A DNA stretch of 64,000 nt, from positions 486,722 to 550,721 of the forward strand of contig NMRA01000052.1 of NCBI GenBank assembly GCA_002633005.1, in the 5' to 3' direction. The notes beneath the pieces are model-generated. The model was not told where the DNA came from and made no database searches. It saw only the letters and a list, made by a program, of their open reading frames with translations. This DNA is from Phoronis australis. Taxonomy: Eukaryota; Animalia; Phoronida. This document shows, piece by piece, positions 25,400 to 37,048 of the stretch; the stretch's first letter is position 1; every line of letters begins with the position of its first letter. The translations under genes were made by a program, and so were the position numbers.

Positions 25400-26420
25400 A
25401 TGACAGTGACAAACCATTTATGATGTCTTTCTTACAGGTCGATCCTCAGGTGCCAGTTGAGGTAGCAGATGCACTTTCATCTAGACCCGTCTATCCAGAC
25501 ATCAGGTATATCAGAGGATAGTGTTCTAAATGTGTATAGACAGCTAGAAGTAGCATTTTAAACATGGTCCAGTTCAATGGACAGCATTCTTGTACTTACA
25601 GTCTTCAGCCAGGTGAAAATTTTCAAACTAAGAAAGGTGGTAATGTCAGGATATTTCCGTATAATCCAAACTGTCCTGATGGTCCTCAATGTACTAAACA
25701 TTCTACAGAGGAGGCTACTAAACTGGCATTTGAAACAAAGAAAACGTACATGGCATCAAGGGTCCATCATTTTTAAACTCTCCTACCAGCTTTTCCACAT
25801 TTTCGCAGGTTAATTAGCATTGATAATATGCATGTTGCCTTACTTGATATTTCAAAACTGTTTATTGGCTTATGGTTTTCTCCAAGTCATATGTGTTTGA
25901 GCTTCTCACTATATAAGCACATCAATCTTGTTGATGATGGGTTATCTAAAATAAAGCCGTGTACTATTTCACGCATACCAAGATCAATTTCTTAACATTT
26001 TAAGTACTGGAAGGCAGCAGAGCTTCGATCATGGCTCCTTTTTTATTAAATTCCAATTTTATCAGATATCATGGCCCCAGTATACTTCTACCATAATTGT
26101 ACATTTGTTGAAGCAATTTTTTCATTATCGAAAGATAGCATTGCACAGCCGGACTTAGCTGCAGCTCAATGCTCTGTTATTTTGTGTAAATGTTTAATAA
26201 GTTATATTATAGTAGATTGATCACCTTGAATATACATTCTTTGGTGCATTTGTCAGAACGTGTACAAAACCTAGGACGCTTATGGGCTCATTCTTGCTTC
26301 CCTTTTGAAAATGCAAATGGAAAGCTAAAAAAGTTTTTTCATGGTACTCAGTTTATAGACTAACAGATGATTAATGCTATTCACGTTACACAAAGACTGC
26401 CCTACTTGTTGGAAACTCTA
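25400..26420 (+). pseudogene. Heavily decayed CACTA/EnSpm-type transposase (older copy)
   Basis: Fragments ARSSILNMVQFNGQHSCTY...GGNVRIFPY, IDNMHVALL, FKYWKAAELRSWLLFY and NIHSLVHL...LGRLWAHSCFPFENANGKLKKFFHGTQ, with many stops and frameshifts. Confidence 0.8.
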
Positions 26421-26589
26421 CCACAGTGCTCTTCTGTCTCATGGCCATGTACACCAAGTATGCCCTATGTATCACCGGTTTGGTCCAATGTATACACCAA
26501 ATTTTGTACACGAAATATGCGACCTGTGCAGGGCGTATGCAGTCAAGCACTAGGAATCTGTCAAAATAGTACATGATGTAGCATATCAA

Positions 26590-29281
26590 CAATGGAGGCC
26601 ACAAGATCCTCATTCATCTTTGGTTTCGCAGATCCAGAGTGAGATCTGATTCCACGCAGAGTGTGGTTAGCCATGTAGTCACGCGTAAGAGCAGCTGACA
26701 TCAACGACGCAACATAGGTGCCAACTTTCTTTGGTGTGAGTTTATTAAACACTGCAGTTGGGAGTGTCAAAGATGGACCAATCGTGACCTACAAGCACAG
26801 GAAATCAAGGAAATACATAATTTGAAACCATCCCGTAACCAGCTGTACATATTGTTTAGTCTTTACATCATAATGTGCACTAGCTCGCTGCAAAATTAAT
26901 ATTGTCTAGAGGTAGATTCTTGATGAATTTTATGACACCAATATATAATTACATTACCCTTACACAAGGTACATGTATGTCAGATGCAAAAATTACCATT
27001 TCTCCAAACAAGTCAAGTGAGTCTTGATTTACTGACACCACATCTTTGGATTCCGGCGGCGAAGAAGACAGCACAGGCGATGACGACATTGAAAATGCAG
27101 GTGATGGCGGCAAAGAGGGTGATGTGGAAGCTGATGGTGCAAATGATAGAGATGAAGAGCAAGATGTTGAGGGATCACTGTCACACTTTTTCGCCTCAGC
27201 TCCTTCCAAGCGCTGCACATAGTTCCTGAGTTTTTTCAGTGAGTATTTCAGGTCTGCAAAACATAGAAAACAAAAAACATTAAGTACGCAAAGATCAAGC
27301 ATAGTCACACAATTGAAAAACTACACTGGAGAAAGGAGTGGAAGATGCCTATCAACACCTGTCTAGCTAACAGCTACAGGTCTATATATGCAAAGCATAG
27401 CTTCAAACAATATTGCACAGAATTAACAGACATATATCATTTCACGTCACAGAAAAGTTCACTCAATTTAAGGCATCGTGATTGTTTCATTAGTACACAC
27501 AACCTTTACAAGTTTTAATAACACATTTGGAATGTCCATGAAATTACCATCACGTTGAGACAATTCCTCTTTGAGTCGTTCTACTTCTGCCTTCAACATC
27601 ACCAGTTCCTTCTTCAAGGTTTTCTTCTCATCATCGTTTTGATCCTTGTAAGCATGAAAAATATTTAAATTAAAAATGAATGGAGAGTCAATATGCATAG
27701 AACACGAAGGACCAGGCTTGACAAATTCAATACATGATCTCCAAGATTTAGAGGAAGCGAGCCTCTGAAGCTTTTCAAGTCATGTGGAACCTAGTAAAAA
27801 TGCCAGCAATTGGCTAAATTGGAAATATCACACCCCAAAAAATGGCTAATTAGATTCATATGAAACTGTCAGTCTGTCAGACACTATGCTTTAATTACTG
27901 ATCTCCAAAATGATGTCCTTAACTGTTTAGTATGAGAACCTATCAAAAGAGGACTTTCACAATTTTAGCAACAATCTCGAATCCTGATGTTCCAGAAAAG
28001 TGAAAGCGTTTCTGATTAAACATAGTATCTCAAAGTTTAATGTGATTCCATACAGACATTTCTAAAATTGAATGGTCCACTGTTAGTAGTAAAATTAAAA
28101 TATTTGTTCCAATGTCTCAAACAACTATAACACAAATGCTTGGCAATAAGAGTGACAATATTTAATTCAAATAAACAACAAGTATGCAAAGGATACAAGT
28201 AAAACACCTTTTTCTCATGCAAGATCAGCATTACACAAGCAACCCATAAAAACTTATAGACAAGTCGAGTTTTCTGTCTTACAGTATGGTAACAAATTTA
28301 CCTGTGATAACTTGCTTTTGATGAAGCTAGTCAATTCTTCATTCTGACAGTGTTTCTTCTTGGCATTTTTCTGAACCTAAAGATTAAACAATGAAAAGCA
28401 AATACTTTAATTACCTATAGTTGCAAACACAATGCTCATTGGCAACAACATTATGAAATAAGACTGTACGTTTTCATAAGCTTGAACATGAGTCTTGAAC
28501 AGTACATTTTTATAAATTGAGTCTGCAAAACATTTTGCACACAACTTGCAAACAATTTTTAATAATAAGATATGTAGTATGGCAGACTCACACTAATTAA
28601 AGGCAGACTCATTTCAACATCGGAATCCTCTTCACTTTCCACAACTGCAGCAGTCCTCTTTGGGATTTTTTTCCTGAAACCCCGTCCAATTTTCTCACTA
28701 CCACCACCACTGCCGTCCATAGCATCCAGGCTACTGATCAGTGACTCTTCATCATCTAGAAATAGGAAGGAAGTACATATGAACAGAATACATGAGATTT
28801 CACCAAAAGTTAGTGTAAAGCATAATTCTGTTCTAGGAGTGGGACTCATAAACCCCCTTGGTAGTGAATGTCTTAAGTCTACAATAAATTAGGTCATCTT
28901 CTGATCAATGATGGTTTCAATTTACCCAGAGGGAATCCGTGAATATCGAAGGCATCCTGCCACACTGCACTACAAAACATTCAAACCAACAAAAATACGC
29001 AAAATTGTTATACTTTCAATCGTTTTCATAAGGGAGTAAACATTTCGAAACAATTTTGTGACCAATATTAATTCACCATCTAACCGTTTCTAACCCGATG
29101 TTTCTTACCCGATTGCTTGATTATTTTCGCTGGGTACTTCCCACCGTCAGACCAGTTTACGATGGTTTTTTGGCCGTTAACACTTCAGCTTCTTTTGAGA
29201 CTCATCTAAGAATAACATGCTCGACTTAACGACATCGTAGGAGGATTCTTCTTCATAAAACTGTACAAGCGTGTACGACAT
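26590..29281 (-). pseudogene. Transposon-borne coiled-coil + BEN-domain protein (multi-exon, frameshift in exon 1, 3' end lost)
   Basis: Exon 29281-29109 reads MSYTLVQFYEEESSYDVVKS.../TIVNWSDGGKYPAKIIKQS. Further exons at 28755-28592, 28376-28302, ~27645-27548 (KKELVMLKAEVERLKEELSQ coiled coil) and ~27253-26997 (Ser/Pro-rich). Exon 26788-~26590 reads YVASLMSAALTRDYMANHTLRGIRSHSGSAKPKMNEDLVASIV, a BEN-like pattern. Confidence 0.68.
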
Positions 29282-29894
29282 TTTCAAACTCAGGCGCGAA
29301 ATCAGCAGGATCTGTTTCCGGTTGAAATTTCGTCTTTTATGTACATTTTTACGCATTAGAGTTAATTATTTTTTTTATTTTTGACTTACAATATATGAGT
29401 AAGAATCAAATGCAGCAAATTGTTACAATGTTTTCAAAATTGTCTCCAATCTTTTAGGAGCTTCTTTTTTTTGCCACAAGAGTGGGCTGCAAACATCATA
29501 AAAAGCAAAAACGTGTTTTATATTTGTAATTTAATTAGAGTAAATTGTTGTTTAATAACATCAGAATTTATCTTAAATTGTATAGTAAATTGTGTATCAA
29601 ATATTTTGTTTTATTTAAAAACTGTTGTATGTTTGGTTAAAAATGTATTTGTAGTACAAGTCAAACTCAGAGCTTTGTTTGCGATGTTGGCTTTGTTACA
29701 GAATTGGCGGTAAATGGTCGAGTTGGAACGCTTCTTGTGTTCGTTTTCTTCTGTATAAACGGATGCTATGTTACTGCAGGTTGGTATTATGTATATATAT
29801 TAAATATATATATCAAAATTTTACACTCATTGTCCCGTAAAATTTAGTGTTGGTGAGCACCACCCAAACTTCCACAATACTCGGACACACAGCC

Positions 29895-30267
29895 TACAGG
29901 CGTCCTCAGCTTCTGATGGCGTCCCCACGCTACATATAATGCTACAAGTATGACACTCGGGACTAGAACTTCCACGGGTGCTTCAATTCCGCCGTCCATA
30001 TCAAACACATAACTCAATAAATTTACACAAAACGGGTTCTACAAACCAAGAGAAATTGTTCTTTCTTAATACAATTCAATGTGTTCTGCTCCAGTGAGTG
30101 CGCAAGAAATTCACTGTCAAAGCACAAAAATGTTCCCAAAAAGCCCAAACACACTTTGCACTTTGTCGGTTCGAGGTCAAGGAACTCGAACCGACAAAGT
30201 GCAAAGTGTGTCCTACCTTGTAGTATTATATATAGTGTATTGGGGACAATCAGCTGAGGACGCCTGT
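29895..30267. promoter_or_regulatory. Inverted-repeat structure with a perfect 27-bp-stem hairpin in the spacer between the divergent genes
   Basis: ACACACTTTGCACTTTGTCGGTTCGAG (30149-30175), 9-nt loop, exact reverse complement (30185-30211). Outer imperfect ~60-bp inverted repeats at 29895-29956 and 30209-30267. A regulatory role is inferred from position only. Confidence 0.5.
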
Positions 30268-30323
30268 GCTCAGACACAGCACTAATTTGCCGTTATTTAG
30301 TGAACTGGTTCCTGTAGCCATTT

Positions 30324-30557
30324 TGAAGAGAGACCCGTTTACTTGACTTTACCTAGTAGTAGTAGGGGTGGGTCGAGACCACACCAGTATCGTCCACCAT
30401 CTTAAATTTAATGCGGTTTAGATGGGAATAAATAATATAATGAAGAGAGACACGTTTACTTGACTTTACCTAGTAGTAGTAGGGGTGGGTCGAGACCACA
30501 CCAGTATTGTCCACCATCTTAAATTTAATGTGGTTTAGATGGGAATAAATAATATAA
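30324..30557 (+). repeat. 117-bp tandem duplication (2 copies)
   Basis: tgaagagagac(c/a)cgtttacttgac...gggaataaataatataa at 30324 and 30441, with few mismatches. Confidence 0.92.
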
Positions 30558-31155
30558 CTGGTCATTGTAAACAAATCAATTTCTATGTTCACTGATCTTT
30601 TGGATTTGATGATGATGTTTACAATCGGACTATCAACGTACATATAATTTTAAATTGATATTAATATGTTTAAAATCTTGTCAAGGCCATTCCAAAAATG
30701 TATTATTCGTACAGATCATTCTCTTCTTATTCAGGCATTCAGTGTTTTCCCCGAAGTGTTCATTCGCTATTAAGCATCTCTCCTGTAGAAATGATAAAAG
30801 CAGCAGTCACGCTCATAATCATATCTACTTGTACGAGTTATCATGCCTGCTGAGAGGTGTAGCACTTTTGAAATTACTGCCACCCTAAATCCACATTACA
30901 AATGAACACCTTGGAAAACCTTTTAATTTATGTATGAGAAGGGACTAATCAGTATGAGAAATACTTTTTTGAATTGCCTTGATAAGATGATTCAGAAAAT
31001 AGCTATGCCAAGTATGTCTGTTAATAGAGTTTGATTGTGAACAACAGCCCAAAATGCAATTACATGTCATATTTGTAGATGTTTCGAGTAACTGTGGTAC
31101 GTAAATGAGTGTTTACTAATATTCATATATTTTTTGTAGGTTATGATTCATCAAC

Positions 31156-34100
31156 ATGTCAAAACGTACCTACAAGTCGTATCTTTTTAATGCTGATAAA
31201 AACAGTGCCAAGAACAACACAATGGCGCAACAATAGTGGTCGACGTGAATTGAGGAATGAGCCAACAGCCTCGAGTTCTCATGCACCAAAGAGAAAGTAT
31301 AGAGCATACTTAACGGATGAAGGAGCATGTGTACCTAGAACAACCCGGTGGAGGAACACAGTTATTTCGTCTCAAGAACCTTCACCGTATTCTGATAATG
31401 AATTAGCGGTCAGCATCTCACCTGATCTTGATAACCGTGAACATTTTTGTGATGCTTCAGGTAATGTCAATATTGAGGAAAATATTGATGCAAGTGAAGA
31501 AGAAAACTATGATGCTGTGAACATTGACTCTGACTCAGACTTTTCTTCTAGTTGCTATTCGAGTGACCTGAGTTCTTTGGATGAAGAACAGCTCACCTCT
31601 GAATCAGATGAGGAACAGAATAGTGATTTTGGATTCATTGCAGGCGATGACCAGGTCTTTCCTAGTGGAAGTCTCTCCGTCAAGCAATCAGCTCTGTTGA
31701 TCATGGCTTATGCCCTGAAGTACAACTTAACAGATGAGGCATTAGATGATCTACTGAAACTTATGAATCTCCATATACCGAACTTAGTACCTGACACAAA
31801 ATATCTCTTCTACAAACTGTTTAAGCACAACAACTACACGAAGATGTATTTCTGTGACACTTGTTTTTTTTACTTTGGGCCTGATGGTGCAGAGGATACA
31901 TGCTCATGTAACAATAGCATCGATTATGCGAAGTCGAAAGCATCGTATTTTGCCTATTGGTCTGTAGAATCTCAACTGAAGCTGCTACTTCAAGATGATG
32001 ACATTGCTACAAAATTATTTGACAGAAAAGAAAGAGACCTGTTTACATACTCAGATGCAGTTGATGGTGAAATCTTCAGTCATCTTAGGCATAATTATGG
32101 TTATGGCCCAACTGATATTTCATTGCTGTGGAACGTAGATGGTGTGCCGATGTTCAAGTAAGTAGGGAAGGATATTGTGTTTTAGTAAATTCAAAATGAA
32201 ATTAGTTCTGGAAAAGAGAAGTTATGCAATGGGATTAATTACCAAAACATTTAAGTATAGCATCAGCCATTTGAACGTCTTGTTGACAACGTGTCATAGT
32301 TTTGTTATCATGTTTTACATTTCTTATACTGTGGTGCATATATCTATTACACTTTTAATATGTTTGGGCTCACTTATTTGTTTACAGGTCATCGAACCGT
32401 GATTTGTGGCCAATTCAATGTTCAGTGATGGAGTTGCCATATGATGTCCGCCATAGGAACATCCTCATGCCTGCCTTATGGTTCTGCAAGGCGAAAGCAG
32501 ACATGACACTCCTGCTTAAACCGTTCATTGAAGAAATTCAACATCTCTCAACAACAGGTTTGAAATCTATTTAAATTGCTTTCTGCCCTAAAATCAAACT
32601 ATTGACTTAGACAACATACTTCCACTATAAAATTGGTGTCCACTTCTTACATACTCAGATGAGAACTGATTTCTAGCTTTGAAAAGAACTGATTGAGACC
32701 ATGGTGGTCTCATAAATTACTATCCTGTAACAAACCAAATTGGAAAGACTTATTGCGAAGCAATAACATAATGTCAGCTGTTTCAAAGCCCTGGAATCGT
32801 GGGCAATTTTACCATGGGAACAATTTTGAGGTCAATTTCATAACAGTCAGTACTCAGTAGTAGTCTCAACCAAAATCAGTTTTGTTATGGAAAGCGGTTT
32901 CATATTTGGTAGAAATACCAAATCGTGTTTATTTACTTTTACGTGGGCACAGTTATGTTAGCGATTTACAGTCTTCCTCACTAAAGTTGTTATGACATAA
33001 GATGTCAGTGTTCGTAAGTCGTCCCGTTTCCTTTAGTTTTGATTACACAAAGTTTGATGTTTAGTTTATTTTGAAAACTGCTTTCAGAATTGTTATTGTT
33101 GTAATTCCCATTCCTGTTTTGATTTCAGGATTCCAATTCAGAAATACAACTGTCCGTGTGTTTGCCCTACTTTGTACAGCAGACGCTCTTGCGAGACCTA
33201 AAGTGAAAAACACAAAGCAGTTTAATGGCCAGTTTGGCTGTGACTGGTGTTATCACCCAGGTAGTACCTAAATGCATCTTCAGCTTCGAAGATTTGATTG
33301 CCTTACTGCACATTCATTAATTATGAATGAATTTACCCTTCAGAAGTCCACCTTCAGTAAACCAATCCATAATTTTAATTTAGTGAGATTATTTGTTGTT
33401 GTTACCACCCGTCTTTATATGACCATGTGATATCTGTGACACACTTCTGTGATATTGCCTGAAATGTATACGGTTATTGGATGGAAACGATAATAGAATA
33501 GACGCAGAAATGTGGGTTAGCTCTTTGATATGTGGAATAAAAATTTATATTATGTGCTTTCACTTGACCTTGTGAAAATTCTTACTAGGCGCAGCAACCT
33601 CGACCAAAAACTCGCCTATCTAAAAACATGTAGTTTTACATATTTTTCTATGCTGTTGTTCAAATGTGAACTTCTCAGTGATGTATTCTGTCAACAAGAG
33701 CAACTCTTTAGCCATTCCTTTTAAATGTAATACAGTATGATATATCTTGACGCAAGGCATTAATTATTGGTTTCACAGGTCAGAGAGTTACAAGTGGTAG
33801 AGGAAGCACCCGTGCATACCCTTACATTGGACCGCAGACTCAACGGACACACAGAGACAGAAGAACTTGCTGTCGAAGCTGCAGCTGCAGGATCTCCACA
33901 GTTTGGGGTCAAGGGCCCGAGTGTTTTAAGTAAACTACAGCACTTCGATATTATCAATGGCTTTGTACCTGATTTTCTGCATTGTTGTTTACTTGGTATA
34001 GGTAGACAGTTTGTTTCATTGTGGTTTGATAGTGGACACCATACCTCCCCCTGGTATATTGGGCAGCCTCGTAAACAAGCCCAATTTGATAAGTACTTAG

Positions 34101-35176
34101 GTAACATTTTGCTGCCTAAAGAGATACGATGATTGCCGAGACCGGTGTCTGCTAGAGAGCACTGGAAAGGAAATGAATTCAAAACCTTTTTGTTGTATAG
34201 TGCACTGTTAGCTTTGAGTGGTATTCTGCCAGATGTTTACGTAAACCACATGTTTTTGCTGGTATGGGCATTACACAAGCTTTTGGGCACGTCGGTGTCT
34301 CTCAGTGACATCCGGAAGTCCAAAGCAGTGCTGGACAATTTTTGTCTGAAAGCAAAAGGGTTATATGGCGAAGAGAAGTGTACATATAATGTGCATCAGC
34401 TTTCCCATTTACCCGACAGTGTTCGGTTTTGTGGTCCACTGTGGTCTGTCTCCACCTTCATGTTCGAAGGTAATAATGCCTTCTTGAAGAATTTGGCGCA
34501 GGGAACTCAGTACGTATCTGACCAGATCTGCAAAAGCTTTGTCATCCACAAAAGTTTGTGTTTGTATTCAAAGCAAACGCAGCTGGTTCATGATGCTACT
34601 GACTCCCTGTTCAACAGACTTGTCAGTGGTCCCACTAAAACCAGAACAGCGAATGATGTTGGGCATGGTTTAGTGCTTTTAGGGGCACCTACTGTGAGAA
34701 GGATATCAGATGAAGAATTTGTTACTCTCCGGTTATTGTTTGAACCAGCTGAACCCAACAAACGTGTGTCGGAGTACAAGCGATTTATTTTCCAAAATAA
34801 GCTGTACTGCACTGCTCAGTACAAGGGCTTGAGCAGACGTTCGAACTCCTTTGTTAGAGTTAAAGATAACGGAACTGTGTTACGTGTAAAATTGAATAGA
34901 TTCCTGGCTGTTAAACAGAACTGTAGTTGTGACATGTATGGCCAGTGCAACTGCAGTACAGAGTATGTAGCTATATGCAAGATGTTTAACATTGTTAATT
35001 CTGAAGTCTTTAAGTGTACAGAGTTTAACATTGTCTCAGACTTCATGAGTGAGGTTAGTGAATCACGCGCTGCCTTGGCAATTAAACCAAGCCAAATAAT
35101 TGGAAAGTGTGTAAAGTTTGTAAAGGGTGGACAAATGTTTTTGGTTGATATGCCCAACATGGTAGAACTGGAGTAG
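31156..35176 (+). pseudogene. CACTA/EnSpm-type DDE transposase, 4 coding exons, near-intact (3 lesions)
   Basis: Exons 31156-32157, 32388-32557, 33129-33260 and 33779-35176. Motifs YFCDTC...C, WNVDGVPMFKSS.DLWPI, CTADALAR, KQFNGQFGCDWCYHPG, VPDFLHCCLLG, HWKGNEFK and YNVHQLSHL...GPLWSVSTFMFEGNN. Lesions are a +1 frameshift at ~31200, a frameshift at ~33850 and a TGA at 34130-34132. Confidence 0.9.
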
Positions 35177-35610
35177 CATTAGTTGAACTTAAAAGGCATT
35201 ATGTGAGAAAACCTGCGAATTCGCAAAATGTATGCAGAGGGAAGTTAATATTTATGGATTTTGACTATGGGGTTTTACTAACTTATATTAAAAAATTGTT
35301 CCAAACTATTTTGAACGACATATTTCCCTTCACCAAACTAAGATGAAATGAAAATATTCCATCATCGAACCTGCAAGAACTCTTCCAAATTTTCAGTGAA
35401 ATGTCACATACTATGTATTACTTTGCTAATTCCATGAAGCTATCCAGCATTGGAGGTAAAACTGCAGAGTCCACCAAAACCAGATTATATATAGTGGTTC
35501 ACATCCTGATATTCAGATTTTCTTCAAAGTATGTCTCCATTTATGGACAGATACCTGGTTTTTATTTACTACTTAGCAAAACTATGTTAAATTGTTTTGG
35601 TGACTTTCTA

Positions 35611-35724
35611 AAGATTAGCTTGTGGAATTGGCTATATAGTACCTATGTAAGATTAGCTTGTGGAATTGGCTATATAGTGCCTATGTAAGATTAGCTTGTG
35701 GAATTGGCTACATAGTACCTATGT
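35611..35724 (+). repeat. 38-bp minisatellite, 3 copies
   Basis: aagattagcttgtggaattggctatatagtacctatgt repeated three times head to tail, with no spacers. Confidence 0.92.
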
Positions 35725-36282
35725 AGTGGCATTTCATTGATCAGACAGTTGACTTAATTTCTCGCTGCACTTTTATTGGTCATATTCATGTTATGCACTG
35801 AAATGCACTGAAATTTTGGTTACAATGTGTATTTTGTCAATAGCTCGAGAACTGATTTTCTGAAATCTTTAAATTAGCTGTCTTTGTACAAAAAGTTTAT
35901 TTTACAACTGAAACTGATCCAAGTGCTGAGTATTGTAACTGCACAATTAAAAGGAAAATTCAGATGTTGTATTTTAATTTACAAGGCAGCATTGATAATG
36001 TCAATGACTTCTCTGTAGCAAGTATATGACTTGCAGACGCAAAGCTCATTTTTTTAATATTGCATGGGTGTGTACGTATGTTTCCATTTGGAAATAAACA
36101 AGTTATAAAATTCCTATATGGTTTAATTTGTTCTTTTAAAGCAAGTGTAACATCTTCAAATAAAAAAAGTTCTCAAAATCTGAAAATGTAAATTCTGATC
36201 ACATAGAAACCTTTAATAGTTGTCAGATAACTCACATTTTACATACATAAAAATTTTCAAACTGATAAACATTAGCTATGGG

Positions 36283-36527
36283 AAGACTTAAGTTTTTAGG
36301 ATTGGAAAACGTAAGTTATCAGAAAAACTTAAGTTTTTGCAATTAGAAGAACTTAAGTTTTATAAAAACTTAAGTTTTTATACTTGGAAAAACTTAAGTT
36401 ATCAGAAAAACTTAAGTTTTTGAAGAAAAACTTAAGTTTTTAGAACTTAAGTTTCTTTCAAAAACTTAAGTTTTTCACCCAAAAACTTAAGTTTTCAGCG
36501 AAAAACTTCAGTTCATTTTTGTAAGGG
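36283..36527. repeat. Subterminal array of ~12 palindromic AAAACTTAAGTTTT motifs plus terminal TIR
   Basis: (aa)aacttaagtttt recurs about every 17-24 bp from ~36285 to ~36514, followed by atttttgtaaggg. Confidence 0.85.
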
Positions 36528-36704
36528 TTTGAAAAGTCTGATTCTTTTCTTTCAGGTAACATCTATATGTGAAGCAGTGTTGAATGGTGGGCTTTTTATC
36601 TTTTACCATCTGCTAGATTACACAAAGCATAATTAACAAATTTGTTATTTTTGTTTAAATATAACTTTTTAAGCTATAATAATTTTTTTCATGACGTATT
36701 ACAG

Positions 36705-36881
36705 ACAGTTCAGGTATGCCGCTTACACGAGTTTTACGGGGCGTGTCTATGGAGACTAGGGAGTAAAAACAGACAAGTGATACCAGCATGCTGTGTCCTC
36801 GCAATCAGAAAGAAAACCCCAGCACCTCACGGTGACTATGAAGGACACATCGATCCAGAGTTACCTGATAATGAAATGTAG
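36705..36881 (+). pseudogene. P2X7 C-terminal ballast-like (KolX-type) terminal exon
   Basis: After the acceptor ttacag the exon reads QFRYAAYTSFTGRVYG/RLGSKNRQVIPACCVLAIRKKTPAPHGDYEGH (one frameshift). It resembles the recalled P2X7 tail RHCAYRCY...ILPSCCRWRIRKEFP...GQYSGF. Confidence 0.75.
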
Positions 36882-37048
36882 CTTTAGAAATAACATAATT
36901 ATTTACATGCTGTGTGCCATGTAAACGTAGGAGGCTCTTGAAAAACTCGTTTCTTTTACTGACCTATATGAGAACCAGAATGTTGAAAACCTGTGACGAC
37001 AGTTCCCGTCACCCAAAGTACATGCAATGTTAATGTATTAAATGTCTT

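Larger units (their letters stand above)
26590..36527 (+). mobile_element. CACTA/EnSpm (CMC)-type DNA transposon, left end missing
   Basis: Divergent BEN gene and transposase. The right end ...TTTTTGTAAGGG (5'-CCCTTACAAAAA on the minus strand) is preceded by a subterminal repeat array. Confidence 0.65.

Noticed and set aside
34130-34132. In-frame TGA as selenocysteine or programmed read-through
   Set aside because: It fits a CGA>TGA change in a copy with two other lesions, and no SECIS was recognised.
35611-35724. 38-bp repeats resembling a CRISPR array
   Set aside because: The copies are head to tail with no unique spacers, there are no cas genes, and the context is eukaryotic. It is a minisatellite.
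36283-36527. Regularly spaced palindromes as a CRISPR-like or iteron array
   Set aside because: The spacers are only a few bp and low-complexity, and the array abuts a transposon terminus. These are subterminal repeats.
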